The notes: generated by a model from the sequence alone, not told the origin. Numbered from the stretch's first letter, positions 50,602-63,753 are shown. The stretch: 64,000 nucleotides of DNA from Oopsacas minuta (GCA_024704765.1 JAKMXF010000346.1:130015-194014); one strand, 5' to 3'. Numbers and translations: made by a program.

Positions 50602-52896
50602 CACAACTCAACAGGATTTCTCATCAGAGATACATACATTTATCTTAGCATACTTTCGAATGCTGAACTGAATCTGCGATCAGAATTTCTCTAGCACGTC
50701 TAGTTATTCTGAAATCCAATATCCATTTTTTCAATAGTATGGTATTACCTAGTTACTAAATTGCTATATGAGCATGCCTATTTTGATTCAATTATCTGGA
50801 ATATAAATGACTTTACTTATTTGAATTCAAGCAAATCAAATCAAATTATAAACATGCATCGTAATTGTAGAACTCATCCCGACAATTTCTGTTACGTTTG
50901 TGGTCTTTTTTGCGTAAAATCACAAAGACGACCAATCACGAATCAATTAAAGAACTTATACAAATTGTACTTCGAATGTCCACTTGGTGACCAAGACAAG
51001 TCGTGGGCACCACATGTTATATGCACTTCTTGTCAAGTGGACTACGTGATTGGTTGAACAAAAGGAAAGTTTCAATGCCATTTGCAATACCCATGGTCTG
51101 GAGGGAACAGAAAAATCACCTTGATGATTGTTACTTTTGCCCTATCGACATTACAGGATTCTCAGCCAAGAATAAGCACGCTCTTGTTCACCCAGACTTG
51201 GATTCTGCTCGCAGGCCAATTCCACACGACATCTCATTACCAATCCCAATTCCCAAGCCACAGCAAATTAAAATTGGGTCTGATATGGTGGAAGATGTTC
51301 ATGCAGATTCTACAGATGCTAATTATGTTCCGGAAGATGAATTACTAGAGCCACAAACATTTACACAGGGAGAATTGAATGACCTGGTCAGGGATCTAGA
51401 CTTATCTAAAGACAAAGATGAACTCCTTGCATCCAGGCTCAAACAGAAAAACCTACTCGACAAAGATGTCCTAGTATCCCACAATCGCAAGCGAAATTTC
51501 GATCTCGCTCAATACTACACCACTGATGGTCCACTGTGCAATTGTAATGATATCGAAGGACTCTATGCAAACGTATTACAAGAACATTCTACCTCTGATT
51601 GGCGCCTTTTCATCGACTCGTCAAAACGCAGTTTGAAAGTTGTTCTGGTGCATAACGGAAATCTAAAGCCTGGCGTTCCAATTGCTCACTCCGTCTATCT
51701 CAGAGAAACCTTCGTCAATTTGCAGGAAGTTTTGGAGGCAATACAATATAGAACACATATATGGAATATCTGCGGTGATCTTAAGATAATCGGGCTATTG
51801 ATGGGCTTGCAACAAGGTTTTACAAAGTATTGTTGTTTCCTATGTCTATGGGACAGCCGAGCAACTGGTGAACATTATAAAAAATGTGATTGGCCGAAGA
51901 GAACCTATGAAGTGGGGAAAACCAATTTACAGCATTCGCCATTGGTAGACCCAAACAAAGTTTTCTTACCCTCACTTCATATTAAACTTGGATTAATGAA
52001 AACATTCGTTAAACAATGGGCAAAACAAATTCAGCAGGATTTCTGCATTTGGTTGGCAAATTTCCGAAACTAAGCGAGGCAAAGTTAAAAGAGGGAGTAT
52101 TTGTAGGACCACAAATCAGACAAGTATTCAGAGATCCAGATTTCGAGAAGACATTATCCGAATTAGAAATGTGTGCTTGGAATTCATTCAAATGGGTTTG
52201 TGAAAACCTTTTGGCTAACAAGAAGTCGTCCAACTACAGAGAAGGAGTGGAAACCTTGCTTAACGCATACGAGAAGATGGGCTGTCTCATGTCGCTAAAA
52301 CTTCACTTCTTGCGCTCTCACCTTGATTTTTCCCTGAGAACCTTGGTGCTGTAAGTGATGAACCCCTAGGGTGAGAGATTCCACCAAGACATACAGGAGA
52401 TGGGAACCCGATACAAAGGTTTCAGGAATGAGGGCATGATGTCCGATCACTGTTGGAGGCTCTTCAGAGATAATCCCAACAAGATATATAAATAGAAGTC
52501 ATACTCTCAACACTTTTAATTTAGTTAGCTACCTTTATACTTCTAGATGGATGTGTATTTCCCCTTAGTTTGTGAGTAGTTGATACATGCATGAATGTGA
52601 ATAATTATATGTAAGAGCTAGGATAATAACTGATATTACTTTGGCATTAATCTAAAACATCGAAACATTGATTTATTTCAGATGGCTATCATGTAAGAAG
52701 ACAAAAAGACAGCCACTACCATAAAATAACAGGAAAAATTTAGGAAATACATAAAAATCGTTGACTTGTAGATGGAAAAACCTGGACGTGCCGGAAAGAA
52801 TCTGAAAGCAGATTTGAATTCAGCGTATAAAACTAGCTTAGAAAATGTCAATCTAATACTTGATGAGAAAATGAAGTTAAATTTTGTTGACCTGTG
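50602..52896 (+). mobile_element. Chapaev3-like transposon, defective, copy B
   Basis: ORFs 50761..51057 and 52016..52354 translate identically to copy A. 51003..52073 matches copy A apart from a 1-nt indel. CAC...GTG termini. Confidence 0.8.
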
Positions 52897-53587
52897 TAAT
52901 TAATTTCATGAATTATAACTCGGCTTCTGATGGATTTTGGATAAGTGTTTTTGGTCACTAATGGATTGTATTTGTAAAGGGCTTTAATTTCTGATATTTT
53001 TTGTTATTTGATGCTACCCATTGGGTAAATACTTATGGATTACACTTCTTTTTTGCGAAAAGTTTGATTTGAATGCAACTGAATTAGTTAGCCTAAATTT
53101 TTAACAATACAATGCCGGAATTTAATACTTTCCAATCCAAAATTTCGTGCAATTCCACTTGGTTCTACAGCAGAAACTGATACAGCAGAGAATAATATTA
53201 CATTACTGCTAAATTTGCTACTTTTATCTCAAAGTGCACATGGCGGATGTTTTCGAACCTTATTGCTGGAATAAATGCAGTAACTGGGTGCATCCCCTCA
53301 TTTTGGCCCCAAGATGTTTGCTGATATTGATTAATTTTTCTAGCTAGTTTATGAAGAAGAGTGTGAATTCAGAAACTGTTTATTGGAAGGCTATAGTGAC
53401 TCTGAACGTTTAGTAGCATATAATTGTGATTCTTGTAAAGTAGTTGTGATGTCTGTTTCTGATAATTTGTTGAGGCAATTACTATGCGGATTGATTCCCT
53501 CCTAACTAATCTACTTTATTTTTGTCTATTTTGTATGCCATCCCTCGAAAATAATACAAGGGTTATTTACTGCTCTTAAACCAACGA

Positions 53588-54920
53588 GTGTGAAGTTAGC
53601 GCAAGATTTTCCTGAGCACACTTCAGTTGCAAATATGAAGCATTTCTCGTTTTTGGATTTTCATTTCAATTGGAGAACAAGTAGAAGGCATAGGGACGTT
53701 TATGAATATTAATACTCTTTTGAATTTTCGAATTTATTTTGCATTTTTTTGAGCATTACAAAATAATTCTTTTTCACATTTTTTTCGAAATCAAAATTTC
53801 AATTATCTGAACCTGTTTCAGAACATTGGACGTTTGTTATGTCAACATTTTGCAACATTTTGTTAACATTCCTGTCAGGTTTTCCAAGCTTTCACATTTT
53901 TTATGTTCACATACTACTATTTTTCATATACTTAGTTTTATTTAAATTTAATATGCAGAACAAGTAGAAGGCAGAAGGACGTTTATGAATATATGAAATA
54001 ATTTTGAATTTTGAAGATTATTTTGTAATATTTTTTATCATCATAAAGAACTTTTTCTGAACACTTTTCGAAATTCAAATTGCAACTATCTGAGTATGAT
54101 CACGAACTATGGGCGTTTGTTATTGAAAATTTTTGAATTGGTTGGCTTTCCTGTGTCCTGAGTGTAAGATACACACTCAAGAGATGTCTTCCTTATGTAA
54201 CTTAATACAATTGTTTGAATTTGATATTTATGTCACATCATGTTCTAACACTCCAAACTAGTTAGATTTAGGCGTTACGAACATTCCCTATGACAATTTT
54301 GTTTGATATAACCCTCGCAATTCATCAATATCATAAATTATATTCTACTTCAATGTAACAAATACATCTTTTCAAATTCTTACTGCTCAACAGAAAGGAA
54401 GAGTCAATGGAAAAAAAGTACCTACTTGTACATATACTTTCATTGACTTTTCTTTATCTGCTGAGCAGTAATAATTTGAAACGATTTATGTTGTTCCAGT
54501 GAAGCAGAATATAATTTGTGATATTTATGAGTTGTGAGGGTTATATACAATCAAAATTTGCACAGGGAATGTTGGTATCGCCTAAATCTAAGTAGTTTGG
54601 AATGTTAGAGAGCATCTTACACTCACGACACAGGAAAGTCAACAAATTCAAATTTTTGGCATAACAAACGTCTAATGTTCTGAATAATGTCCAGATAGTT
54701 GAAATTTGAACTTCCAAAAAAGTGATAAGAAAGATTGTTTTTTGTGATGGTTATAATATTGTATAATTGTTTTTTTCAAAATTCAAAATCTTTTTTTAAT
54801 ATTCATAACATCCCTATGCCTTCTACTTGTTCTCCAATTTTTTTCCAAATCCAACCACAAGAAGTGCATCAAATTTACAACTGAAGTTTGCTCAGTAAAA
54901 TCTTGCGCTAACTTCACACA
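53588..54920. repeat. Large imperfect foldback element
   Basis: gtgtgaagttagcgcaagatttt...ggagaacaagtagaaggcataggg (53588..53700) is inverted at 54800..54920. Inner arms continue to a centre near 54415..54437. The left arm has an internal duplication. Confidence 0.75.
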
Positions 54921-54987
54921 AGTCTCAAACCAAGCTACATGCAGCTTCTCCATTACAAATTATTTCTTTGATAGAAACTCTCAGCTA

Positions 54988-56295
54988 CAGGGTGGCTGCT
55001 AAGTTCTGATGCAAATAATTTTCTCCATTATATTTTTACAACTTGGAATATAATGTTAATATTGCATATACGACTATTTACTACTGTTATGATTCAATTA
55101 CTAAAATAGTTATTCTATATATCCTCCTTTTTTGGAAATTACAGCCTTGAGTCTGGTAGGGAAACTTTCCACTGCAGCAGGCACGGTTTCCGGGGTATTT
55201 TCTCCATTCGCGACATAAAGACTTTTCAGGGACTTTATAGTGCTGTGTGAAACCGAACAAGCCCTATTCTCCAAGATGGACCAAAGAGAATAGTCAATTG
55301 GATTTCTGTCAGGACTACATGGAGGCCCTTCTTCCTTTCGGATAAAATCGGGGATTTTGCCCTCTAACCAGTCCTGTGTGGTAATCGCCGTAGGAGCAGG
55401 AGCACCATCTTGTTGTAAAACAAATGGCTGTCCGGAAAGCATTGTCTGACTCAGGTCTTTACAACAGTCTCTAGGATCAAGTCCTTGTAGGTTTTCGCGT
55501 TGATTTTCACTCCAGCAGGTACGAAAATCAATGGCGTGCGGCCAACAGCAGAGACACCAGCCCAAATCATCACTGAGAGAGGTTTCATTTTCCGACTGAT
55601 GTACCTAAACTTATCGGGGATCTCTGAGATAGCTGTAGAGATCACACGATCATTTTGAACATTCGTAGCCTCAGCTATTGTGAAAATCATTTCATATGTA
55701 AAGATGATATTTTCGAGTGCGCCGGTAGCGTGTCTTGCAAGTAATGCCTTGCTTCACAACAATCGTTTTGTCTTGACTAACTCTGAGAGGAAGTGTACTT
55801 TCTTTCTTTTAAAACAATGCATTTTCAAGTCATTGTGTACCACTTTTTGGACAGTTTGACGTGCAACTTTCAACTCCTTGCCCATTTTTCTCATGGATAA
55901 CCATGGATTTCGCCGCCATCCGTTCTCTCACCCTCTTCTTGAGGTCTGCGGTTCTCACAGAACAAGGACAACCAGATTTTGGTTTGTCGTTCGTGTCCCC
56001 AGTTCATTGTAACGTTTTATTATCCTGTAGATGAATGCTCTCCGTCCTTTAGCAATATTTAACATGTTTAAAATCTCAGGAGGGTTTTTCCCGCCTTGTA
56101 TAATTCAATAATTACTGAACTCTCATGACTCATGGTCAATAGTATAAATTTTTGTGAAAGATTTAGGTTAAATCGAATTTGAATGCATTAAGAAGGTTAT
56201 ATGAAAAGTCCTAGATAGTCAAAATACTGTAAATGCATTACGATCAAGGTTATATTGGAATTGAATTTTGGTATCAGAACTTATCAGCCACACTG
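54988..56295 (-). mobile_element. maT (DD37D) element, defective
   Basis: TIRs CAG(G/T)GTGGCTG(C/A)TAAGTTCTGAT, TA TSDs. QQD-x37-D (SPDRNPID). Frameshifts present. Confidence 0.9.
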
Positions 56296-57144
56296 TAAAT
56301 ATTTGTGAAATTAACAATAATAAACCATGTTTTTCTACATGTATATTCTGTGTGATCATGTTTACTTCGATACATGAAAATTGTATTTGTATATTATCTT
56401 AATGGGTGAAACTATTATGATAGTTCCATGCCGTTATCATAATTCTCAAGCTAGTTCTTAACATGAAATTTCCTTGCTATACCTCCTTAACTTATATAGG
56501 TTCTACTGTACCCAAACGTTCTTTTTCTATTACAAAACTGTGGTTGGGTGGAGCTTCATTCATTGCTACGCCTAACCTGCTACCAAATATTTGTGTATAT
56601 ATCTGAGCGTTTAGTACTAGATTTCAATTTTAGTATAATCATTGTAACTTTTCATGATGTGTATATTTGTATGCAAGACTGTGTGAAATTGTGATGTCAG
56701 GAATTGGATCATATTAAAGTTGCTCTACAAATCAAATTTGAATAATCAAAACATCAATATTCACTGAGCAGTCTCGAATTTATGTGAATTCGATTAGCCA
56801 AAAGGTGACAATTTATCTATCTTTGCGTACAAAGGTATGCGTTTTATCCAAGCCTCTGACATGCCTGCACTAGCATATCCATATAGCCCAGGGTTGAAAA
56901 AGAATGAAAATTTGTAGTCTCCTGCTTATGCTTGAAATTTCGTTTGATCGAATTTGTCAATTGTAATCCGTAACAGGGACTCAAATCTTATACTTTTATC
57001 TGTTGATATTTATGTCATCAATCATATTTTTTATTTCTAATCATTTTATTTGGTGTAAATATCACTCACTGGCTACACTTCCATGCTGTTTGCTAGAAAT
57101 CCTTTCTTTTTGTTTGCCATTCTAAATATCTTCTCTTTATTTAG

Positions 57145-57637
57145 ACCTGATTTCCGTGGATTGGAATGCGCTCGAGTATTTTCTAATCAGGGAATTTCAT
57201 GCTCTTACCAACTTCTTAGTGCTATGACTTTCGCTATTAAAGAATGTAGTTTAGTTCTAGTAAGCGTTGAAGGAATATTTTCTAATGGTGCTGTACTTGG
57301 AAATGTCGGAACTTCAATGATATGCCTTGTAGCCAAGATGTACAACGTTCCTATCATGGTTTGCTGTGAGAGTTTTAAATTTATTGACCGAGTTCAAATT
57401 GATGCATTTGTTTATAATGAACTCGGAGATTCAGATGAAGTTTCTAGATTACCCGATGGCAGATTCGGTCCATTATACAAATGGAAGGATATTGACGCAC
57501 TGAGGATCCTAAATTTGAAATATGATATTACTCCTCCTGAACTAATTGATGTAATTGTTACTGAGAGTGGAATGATACCTTGTACATCCATACCAGTTAT
57601 ATTACGTTTACAAACTAGTATAGAGCGTTTCGATTGA
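57145..57637 (+). CDS. EIF2B4: eIF2B subunit delta, terminal coding exon
   Basis: PDFRG...SNGAVLGNVGT...LVAKMYNVPIMVCCESFKFIDRVQIDAFVYNELGD...LNLKYDITPPELIDVIVTESGMIPCTSIPVILR; TGA at 57635..57637. Confidence 0.94.
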
Positions 57638-57882
57638 TCGAACTATCTCATTATTTAAGCAATTTTGGTTGTCTATTTTCTTGTATCCCACTTGTAGAAT
57701 TAACTTATTAAATCAATTCATCATGTAATGCTCGTATTGTTGACTAATTGTCCATGTTCCGTGATTCTATTACAGCAAACAATTTTACTTTTCTAACTAC
57801 TATTTCGTGAATATTTGAATAGTTGACTCTAATGTAAATTTTCTTTGTGTCCAATTTGCACACAGTATTTTGTAATATACTA

Positions 57883-59212
57883 CGGGCGTTCAATAAGTAG
57901 TCGTTGTCACATTGTAATTCTAAATTTTTCTAGCATAATTGTGTATTCAGTGATGGAGTTTCTCAAAGTATTCCCTTTCGTGCTGTAAAACAAATTTCAG
58001 CCTTTTTATCCATCGAAAAATACTTTAAAGTAGTCTTCGGTTGGTACACCTTTCATATACTGGAAAATCGGCGATCCTATCTGAGCTCGACTCTCGAATT
58101 TCCTGCCTCATAGATGTTTCTTTAGCTTTGGAAACAACCAAAAGTCACAGGGAGTTAGATCTGGCGAGTAGGGAGGGTGATCTAGCTCCACAATCTTCAT
58201 AGCTTCCTACTTTGCTCTAACCAGCTTTGTCTTGTGCGGTCGGGCGTTATCATGGAATATTTGCAATCCACGAGTTCCAGCCCTTGGCCGTCGATTTTAG
58301 GTAGAATTTTTCAAACTTTGTTAGACACTCATTGGTGTAGAAGGAGTTTGTTATTGTTTGATTTGGGGGACACGAATCTGGCACATTGTACCATTAGAAT
58401 AAAAAAATATACGGTACATAACCTTCGGATCCCGAAAGTCATGTCGAGGGATCATTGGTGGGTCCTGTCATTTTGCCACCCATACTTTGTTTGCTTCTTT
58501 TGATAAAGGCTCAGAATAACGTACCCAAGTTTCGTCACCTGTTACTATCTCAAATACCCTCCTGGAGTCAGCTCGATCAAACTCAGAGAGCAATCTAGTA
58601 GCTTTTTGGACCCTCTGTGCTTTCTGGGCCTGAGTTAGTAAATGCGGCACCCATCAAGCACATATCTTTCGGAATTTCACATTATCATGTACAATAGCTT
58701 GAGCAGTTCCCATTGGGATCCCAACCGCATCAGCTATCTCCACAAGAGTGATATGAGTGTCTTCTTCAAGTAACACGGATACCTCAAGGATATTTTTGTC
58801 ACTGGCCCTGGAAACTGGTCTCCCTATTCTTGCCCCATCTTCAATGGACACTCTACCTTCACCAAAGCGTCTAGCCCAATCAACAACAGTGGAATATGGA
58901 TGTACTGTATCCTTATAAACTTCCTCTAAATCTTTGTGGACATTTGTTGGTGAACTTTGAGCAGTGTTCTGATCTTCACATATGCTCTCTGCCTAATTTT
59001 GAAATCTGTACCTTTTGAAACCATTAAAAATGTTACTATAATGAACTGTCAAAATGTAAATAGGCACAATATTAGAACAAGACATCAGAATCAAAAAGCT
59101 TTGCATTATTGAATTCACAATGGATGGATTGTCATTAGAAAATTCAGTTTGATCTGGGTTGAAATATCCCGACTTACAAAATTTGGAATAACGACTACTT
59201 ATTGAACGCCCG
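57883..59212 (-). mobile_element. Mariner element, defective
   Basis: Perfect 23-bp TIR CGGGCGTTCAATAAGTAGTCGTT, TA TSDs. IEDGARIGRP, VTGDETW, HDNARPH fragments. Confidence 0.9.
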
Positions 59213-59290
59213 TAGTATGTGTTTGTTGCCAAAATTAATGTTTTAGATATATATGAGTTGTTTCTCTGATTTTGCTATTAGTGTGGTCTA

Positions 59291-60590
59291 CAGGGTGACC
59301 CATAAATACTGTTACTCATTTTCCATGCCATAATTTAAATAATATTTTAGATGCAACTCAGAAATTTTCAAATTATTGCAATAATACAGCAAACTAAACA
59401 ATATATTTACCATCACTCGAAAATATTACTTTTAGCTTTAATACACCTCTGTAGTCTAGCAATGAATGATTCTACGCTGGACCACACATATTCTTGAGGT
59501 ATTTTATCCCATTCTCGTAACAAAGCTTGTCTCAGATCCGCTAGAATTCGGTATTTTTTTGCAATTGACCCTTTCTTCCAATATTGACCATATGGAGAAG
59601 TCAAGTGGGTTCTAATCTAGTGAGCAGGGCGGCCATTCTTCCGATGAGATGAATCCTGGAAAATTTGTTTTGCACCACTCTTTGGTGGCTCTTGCCCTGT
59701 GAGCTGGTGCTGAATCTTGCTGGAATATACTTGACCTTTTTGAAATGTTTCCGTCCCCAGGGCTTCAAAACCTTCTCGAGAATATCATCACGATATACAG
59801 TCTGATTAATTTTGACCCCTTGGGGGACAAAAACTAAGGGCGTCCGACCTGTCGAAGTTACCCCTGCCCATACCATGACTGACATCGGTTTTTGAGTTCT
59901 AAAAACCCGAAAAGTATCTTGAGGGAGTGCATCCTTACTAAGAGCCAGAATTCTGTAGTTTTGCTTATTCAGGGACTGTTCAACCGTGAACAATTTTTCA
60001 TCCGAGAAGATAATTTGTTTGTGTAGTCCGCCGGTGAAACGCAAAAGCATCGCTTTGCTTCTTAGTGGCCTCTTTTGTTTAGTTTGAGTCGTGAGAAGTT
60101 GGTGCTTTTGAATTTTATAGGCTTCCATTCCTATATCATGACGTGCTAGTCGCCTCATCGATTCCTTGCTGGTTTTCATTTGTTTTGCCATTTTTCGCAT
60201 ACTCCTGGCCGGATTTCGCCTGATCTGACGAATGACGTTCTTCCGCATAGCAACAGTCCTCACAGACCTCGGCCGTCCAGGCCTATGCTTATCAGTAATG
60301 CTTTTAGATCGGCGTAACGTTTTAGAGTACGAGAGATAGACATTTTGCCTTCCTTAAGCAAATAGGCAATCTGACTCCGAGACTTTCCAGAGGTAAATAA
60401 CTCAATTACTGCTGCTCTTCTAGACTGCATGAGCGTAGAAATGTTTTCTTCCCAAAAACGCGTAAAATATATGCTAAATTAATAGAATAATAGTAGATTA
60501 ATAATTGTAAATCAAATTATCCACTATTCAAGTACTAGATTTAAAATGTGGGTCGTGTATAATTGGTAACAGCATTTATGGGTTACCCTG
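59291..60590 (-). mobile_element. maT (DD37D) element, defective
   Basis: TIRs CAGGGT(G/A)ACCCATAAAT(A/G)CTGTTAC, TA TSDs. FSDEKLF and VMVWAG in ORF 59601..60263, with a frameshifted QQDSAPAH...DLNPLD tail. Confidence 0.9.
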
Positions 60591-61086
60591 TAAATGTGTA
60601 ACTATTTCGAAGCAGTCAACCTCAGTCAGAATTATTCAATGCATGTCTCTAGATCTTTGATGATTTCTATAATCTCTAAACACTTGGATAATGTTATTTT
60701 GCTGTTTTGGCTCTTGATTTCGCAGTTGTCAGCTTTTAATATATTTAGATTTCGGTGTTTTATGAAATTTTGGCAAACGAGCGTATACTAGTAACCACAA
60801 GGGACAGTCGTAACTTTTTTGGTTGATATGAAACAATTAACATTTATTTATCAGTGCTAATTCTTAATTTCTATACTCTTAGTTTTGTTATGTGAATTCA
60901 CCGTGGTACATTCAATTATGTGGGTTCGATTTTTGTGACATCTAATTGTGTTATAGTCAATTTCTTCGACATCACCCTTCTTAAAATGGATATCTAATCC
61001 AAACGAGGGGGTCGAATTTAGAATAATACAATTTGAACTAAATGTCCTTGAATTTATCATGTCAGACTTTTATTAAAATAGTTTTA

Positions 61087-63753
61087 CTAGTGCGTTCAAT
61101 AAGTCTTACGCGGGATATCATAGAATATGATACAAACACTATACACACTAGTTCACTATTTCATTTATTCAAAGGAATTCCCTCCTGCAGATACACAAAG
61201 TTTTAACCTTTCCACCCACTTGTGAAACACATTTCTGTGTCTTCTTCGGGGATGGATTTGAAGTACTGGTACAGGCCCGTTCCGAGTGCTTGTAATGTGT
61301 TATAATCTTTGCCTTGAAGGTAGATTTTAAACTTGGGGAATAGCCAAAAATCACACGGAGCTAGGTCTGGTGAGTATGGTGGATGGGGAAGTAACTCTAA
61401 CCCTTCTACATCTAAGAAATTTTTGGTAAACTTAGCTGTATTGGAACTGGCGTTATCAATTAAATTCTTCATTTCTCGAGTTCTGGTTTTCGGGCGGTAC
61501 TTTTCAATATTTTTCAACAAATTTGGAAACACTTGCTCTGTAAAGAAAGTAGCAGTAACAGCCTTGCCACTATCACAAGGTAATTGCAAGACAATTCCAT
61601 GACTACTGAAGATGATGGTATACATAATCTTAGGTTTTCTGAAGTCGGGCCTAGGAATTATCGCCGGTTGTTGTTGCCCCTTACCCATGATCGCTTCTTA
61701 TACTTGCTATATGGTGTTGAATAGTACACCCACGTCTCGTCACAAGTAATAATCTCTGTTAAGCGTCTAGAATCGCAGTTCTCATAATTTTCCAAGGGTT
61801 TCTTGGCAATATTCAGTGGTGTCAACCTTTGATTCTCACTGAGCTTATGCGGGACCCATTCCCCACAAATCGATCGGTAGCGAAGCTCAGTCGTCAGAAT
61901 TGTACGAATAGCTCTCGATGAAATCTCCATATACTTTGTTCTAACTGATTGACAGTAATGCACTTGTCTTCCATGACCATACTTTCAATGAATGCGATAT
62001 TCTCTGAAGTGGTGGTGGATACCGTCTTCCAGATCGAGGCAAATCTGTGACAACAGCATCAGCAGATCTAAAAGGGGCAGCCCATCGCTCTACAGTAGAT
62101 CTGGAAGGGCACTCCATGCACAATATCTCCTGTAACTCGCTGAAGATCTGTACGGGCTGGAGCTTGAGTATTGTGCGAAACTCTATGTACGCTCACCATT
62201 TGAGGTTGAAATTATCATCCTTCGAAACCATAAATTCAACAGTGGGTATAAATTGGCTACACGTAACTATCTCAAAAATTCATAATTAGTATTGAATAAG
62301 CTTGAAACTTTCAGTATATGAAATTTAACTACAGGGGCATTCAATAAATACCAATCATACCATCTAAAACTATAGATACTTGTATAAAGTTGGTAATTTT
62401 TGCTATGAATGTTCAAAGTAGTCTGCTTTATACGCTACAACTGAATTTAGCCTTTTAATCCAATTTTCAAATGTCTTTCTGTACTCATCCTTGGGAATGA
62501 CTTCAAGGTATCTGTAAATTGCCCGACCGAGGCTGAGCCGATCCTCAAATTCGCGTCCGGAGAGGTTATCTTTGAGTTTTCTAAACAGCCAGAAGTCACA
62601 TGGGGCTATATCAGGGGAGTAAGGTGGATGTGGAACTTCGTGCATATCCATATCTTTAATTTTTTGCCTTACAGCCAAAGATTTATGCGGTCTAGCATTA
62701 TCGTGCAAAATTTTGAGACCACGAGTTCCAGTCTTTGGACGACGCTTAAGATAATGTTTTTCGACCTCAGGCAACACCACATCTGCGTAAAATTGTCCTG
62801 TGAGTGTCTGACCTTTGGGAACAGGGATTTGGGTTACAGGACCTAGGCCATCGAAAAATATCCAGTACAAGACCTTCGGGGCACGGAAGTCGGATATACA
62901 AACAGCTGGGGTAACCTCTCCCTTCTTTAGCCATACCCTGCCATCTTGCTTTCTGATCGGTGGTTAGAATTGTATCCATGTTTCATCTCCTGTTTCTATC
63001 TCTAATAACCGCCTAGGGTCACTTCCTTCATAAATTTCAAGGTTTTCCTCAGCCATTTGGAGTCTCGCGGCCTTTTGTGGAAAGTTAAGCAATGTGGTAC
63101 CCATCGCACTTGGACCTTCCTCAGTTCTAAATCCGCCTTCAGAATTGTGTGTGCACTTCCCGTTGAAAGCCAACATAGTTAGCTACGTCCTCAACCGAAG
63201 AATGCGGAAAAGACTCGACATATTCCTTTACTTCACTCATTTTGTCATTGTTGGTCGCCAGTTTTGGTGCTCCAGGACGTGGGGCGTCTTGGACAGAGGT
63301 CCTACCTTCCCTAAATAGGCTCACCACCTTCTGACAGTTGAATACGATAAAGTATCTCCTACACATATCGTTGCCACTCGTCATGAATAGACTTTGGAGG
63401 GATTCCGAGTATGGTGCGAAATTTGATGTACGTTCGTTGTTCAAGTTCAGAAAATTTGGACAAGAAGCCATGAAAAATGTAAAGGAGAAAATGTAGGTTT
63501 CTAAAAATAACTGAAACTTAGGAAATAATTAAGTGATCAACTCTCTCTAAGTTTTGTTAGAAAGTTGAAATATGGTTCTATATAATTGCACTGAGAAATA
63601 CTAGTTTAAAACTGCTATTTCATTAAAAATATACAATGATTAGTATATATTGAATGCCCCTGTATTTGGGCTTATAATATATGAAAGTTTGATATAGTAC
63701 TTGACTAATTCCTAAGTTATATCATGACCCATAAGACTTATTGAACGCCATGA
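61087..63753 (-). mobile_element. Mariner element split by a nested second mariner
   Basis: TIR core GCGTTCAATAAGTCTTA at both ends, TA flanks. DLPRSGR, WVPHKL, TCDETW, IDNASSN, HPPYSPDLAPCDFWLF fragments at 61200..62240. Confidence 0.85.
62332..63662 (-). mobile_element. Mariner element, defective, nested
   Basis: TIRs CAGGGGCATTCAATA(A/T)ATAC(C/T)AATCAT, TA TSDs. QDAPRPG, GDETW, LHDNARPH, HPPYSPDIAPCDFWLF. Confidence 0.9.

Larger units (their letters stand above)
44632..57144 (+). other. Inferred 12,513-nt phase-2 intron of EIF2B4
   Basis: GTACTT donor and ttctctttattTAG acceptor. The join restores the conserved DSRP motif (IIDSR|PDFRG). Confidence 0.88.

Noticed and set aside
44129-57637. 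ORFs 44129..44689 and 57083..57637 as two separate eIF2B-family genes
   Set aside because: They are non-overlapping halves of one delta subunit; their extra ends are intron read-through and the splice phases match.
57883-63753. SETMAR-like domesticated mariner gene
   Set aside because: All copies have TIRs, TA TSDs and multiple lesions; no SET domain is present.
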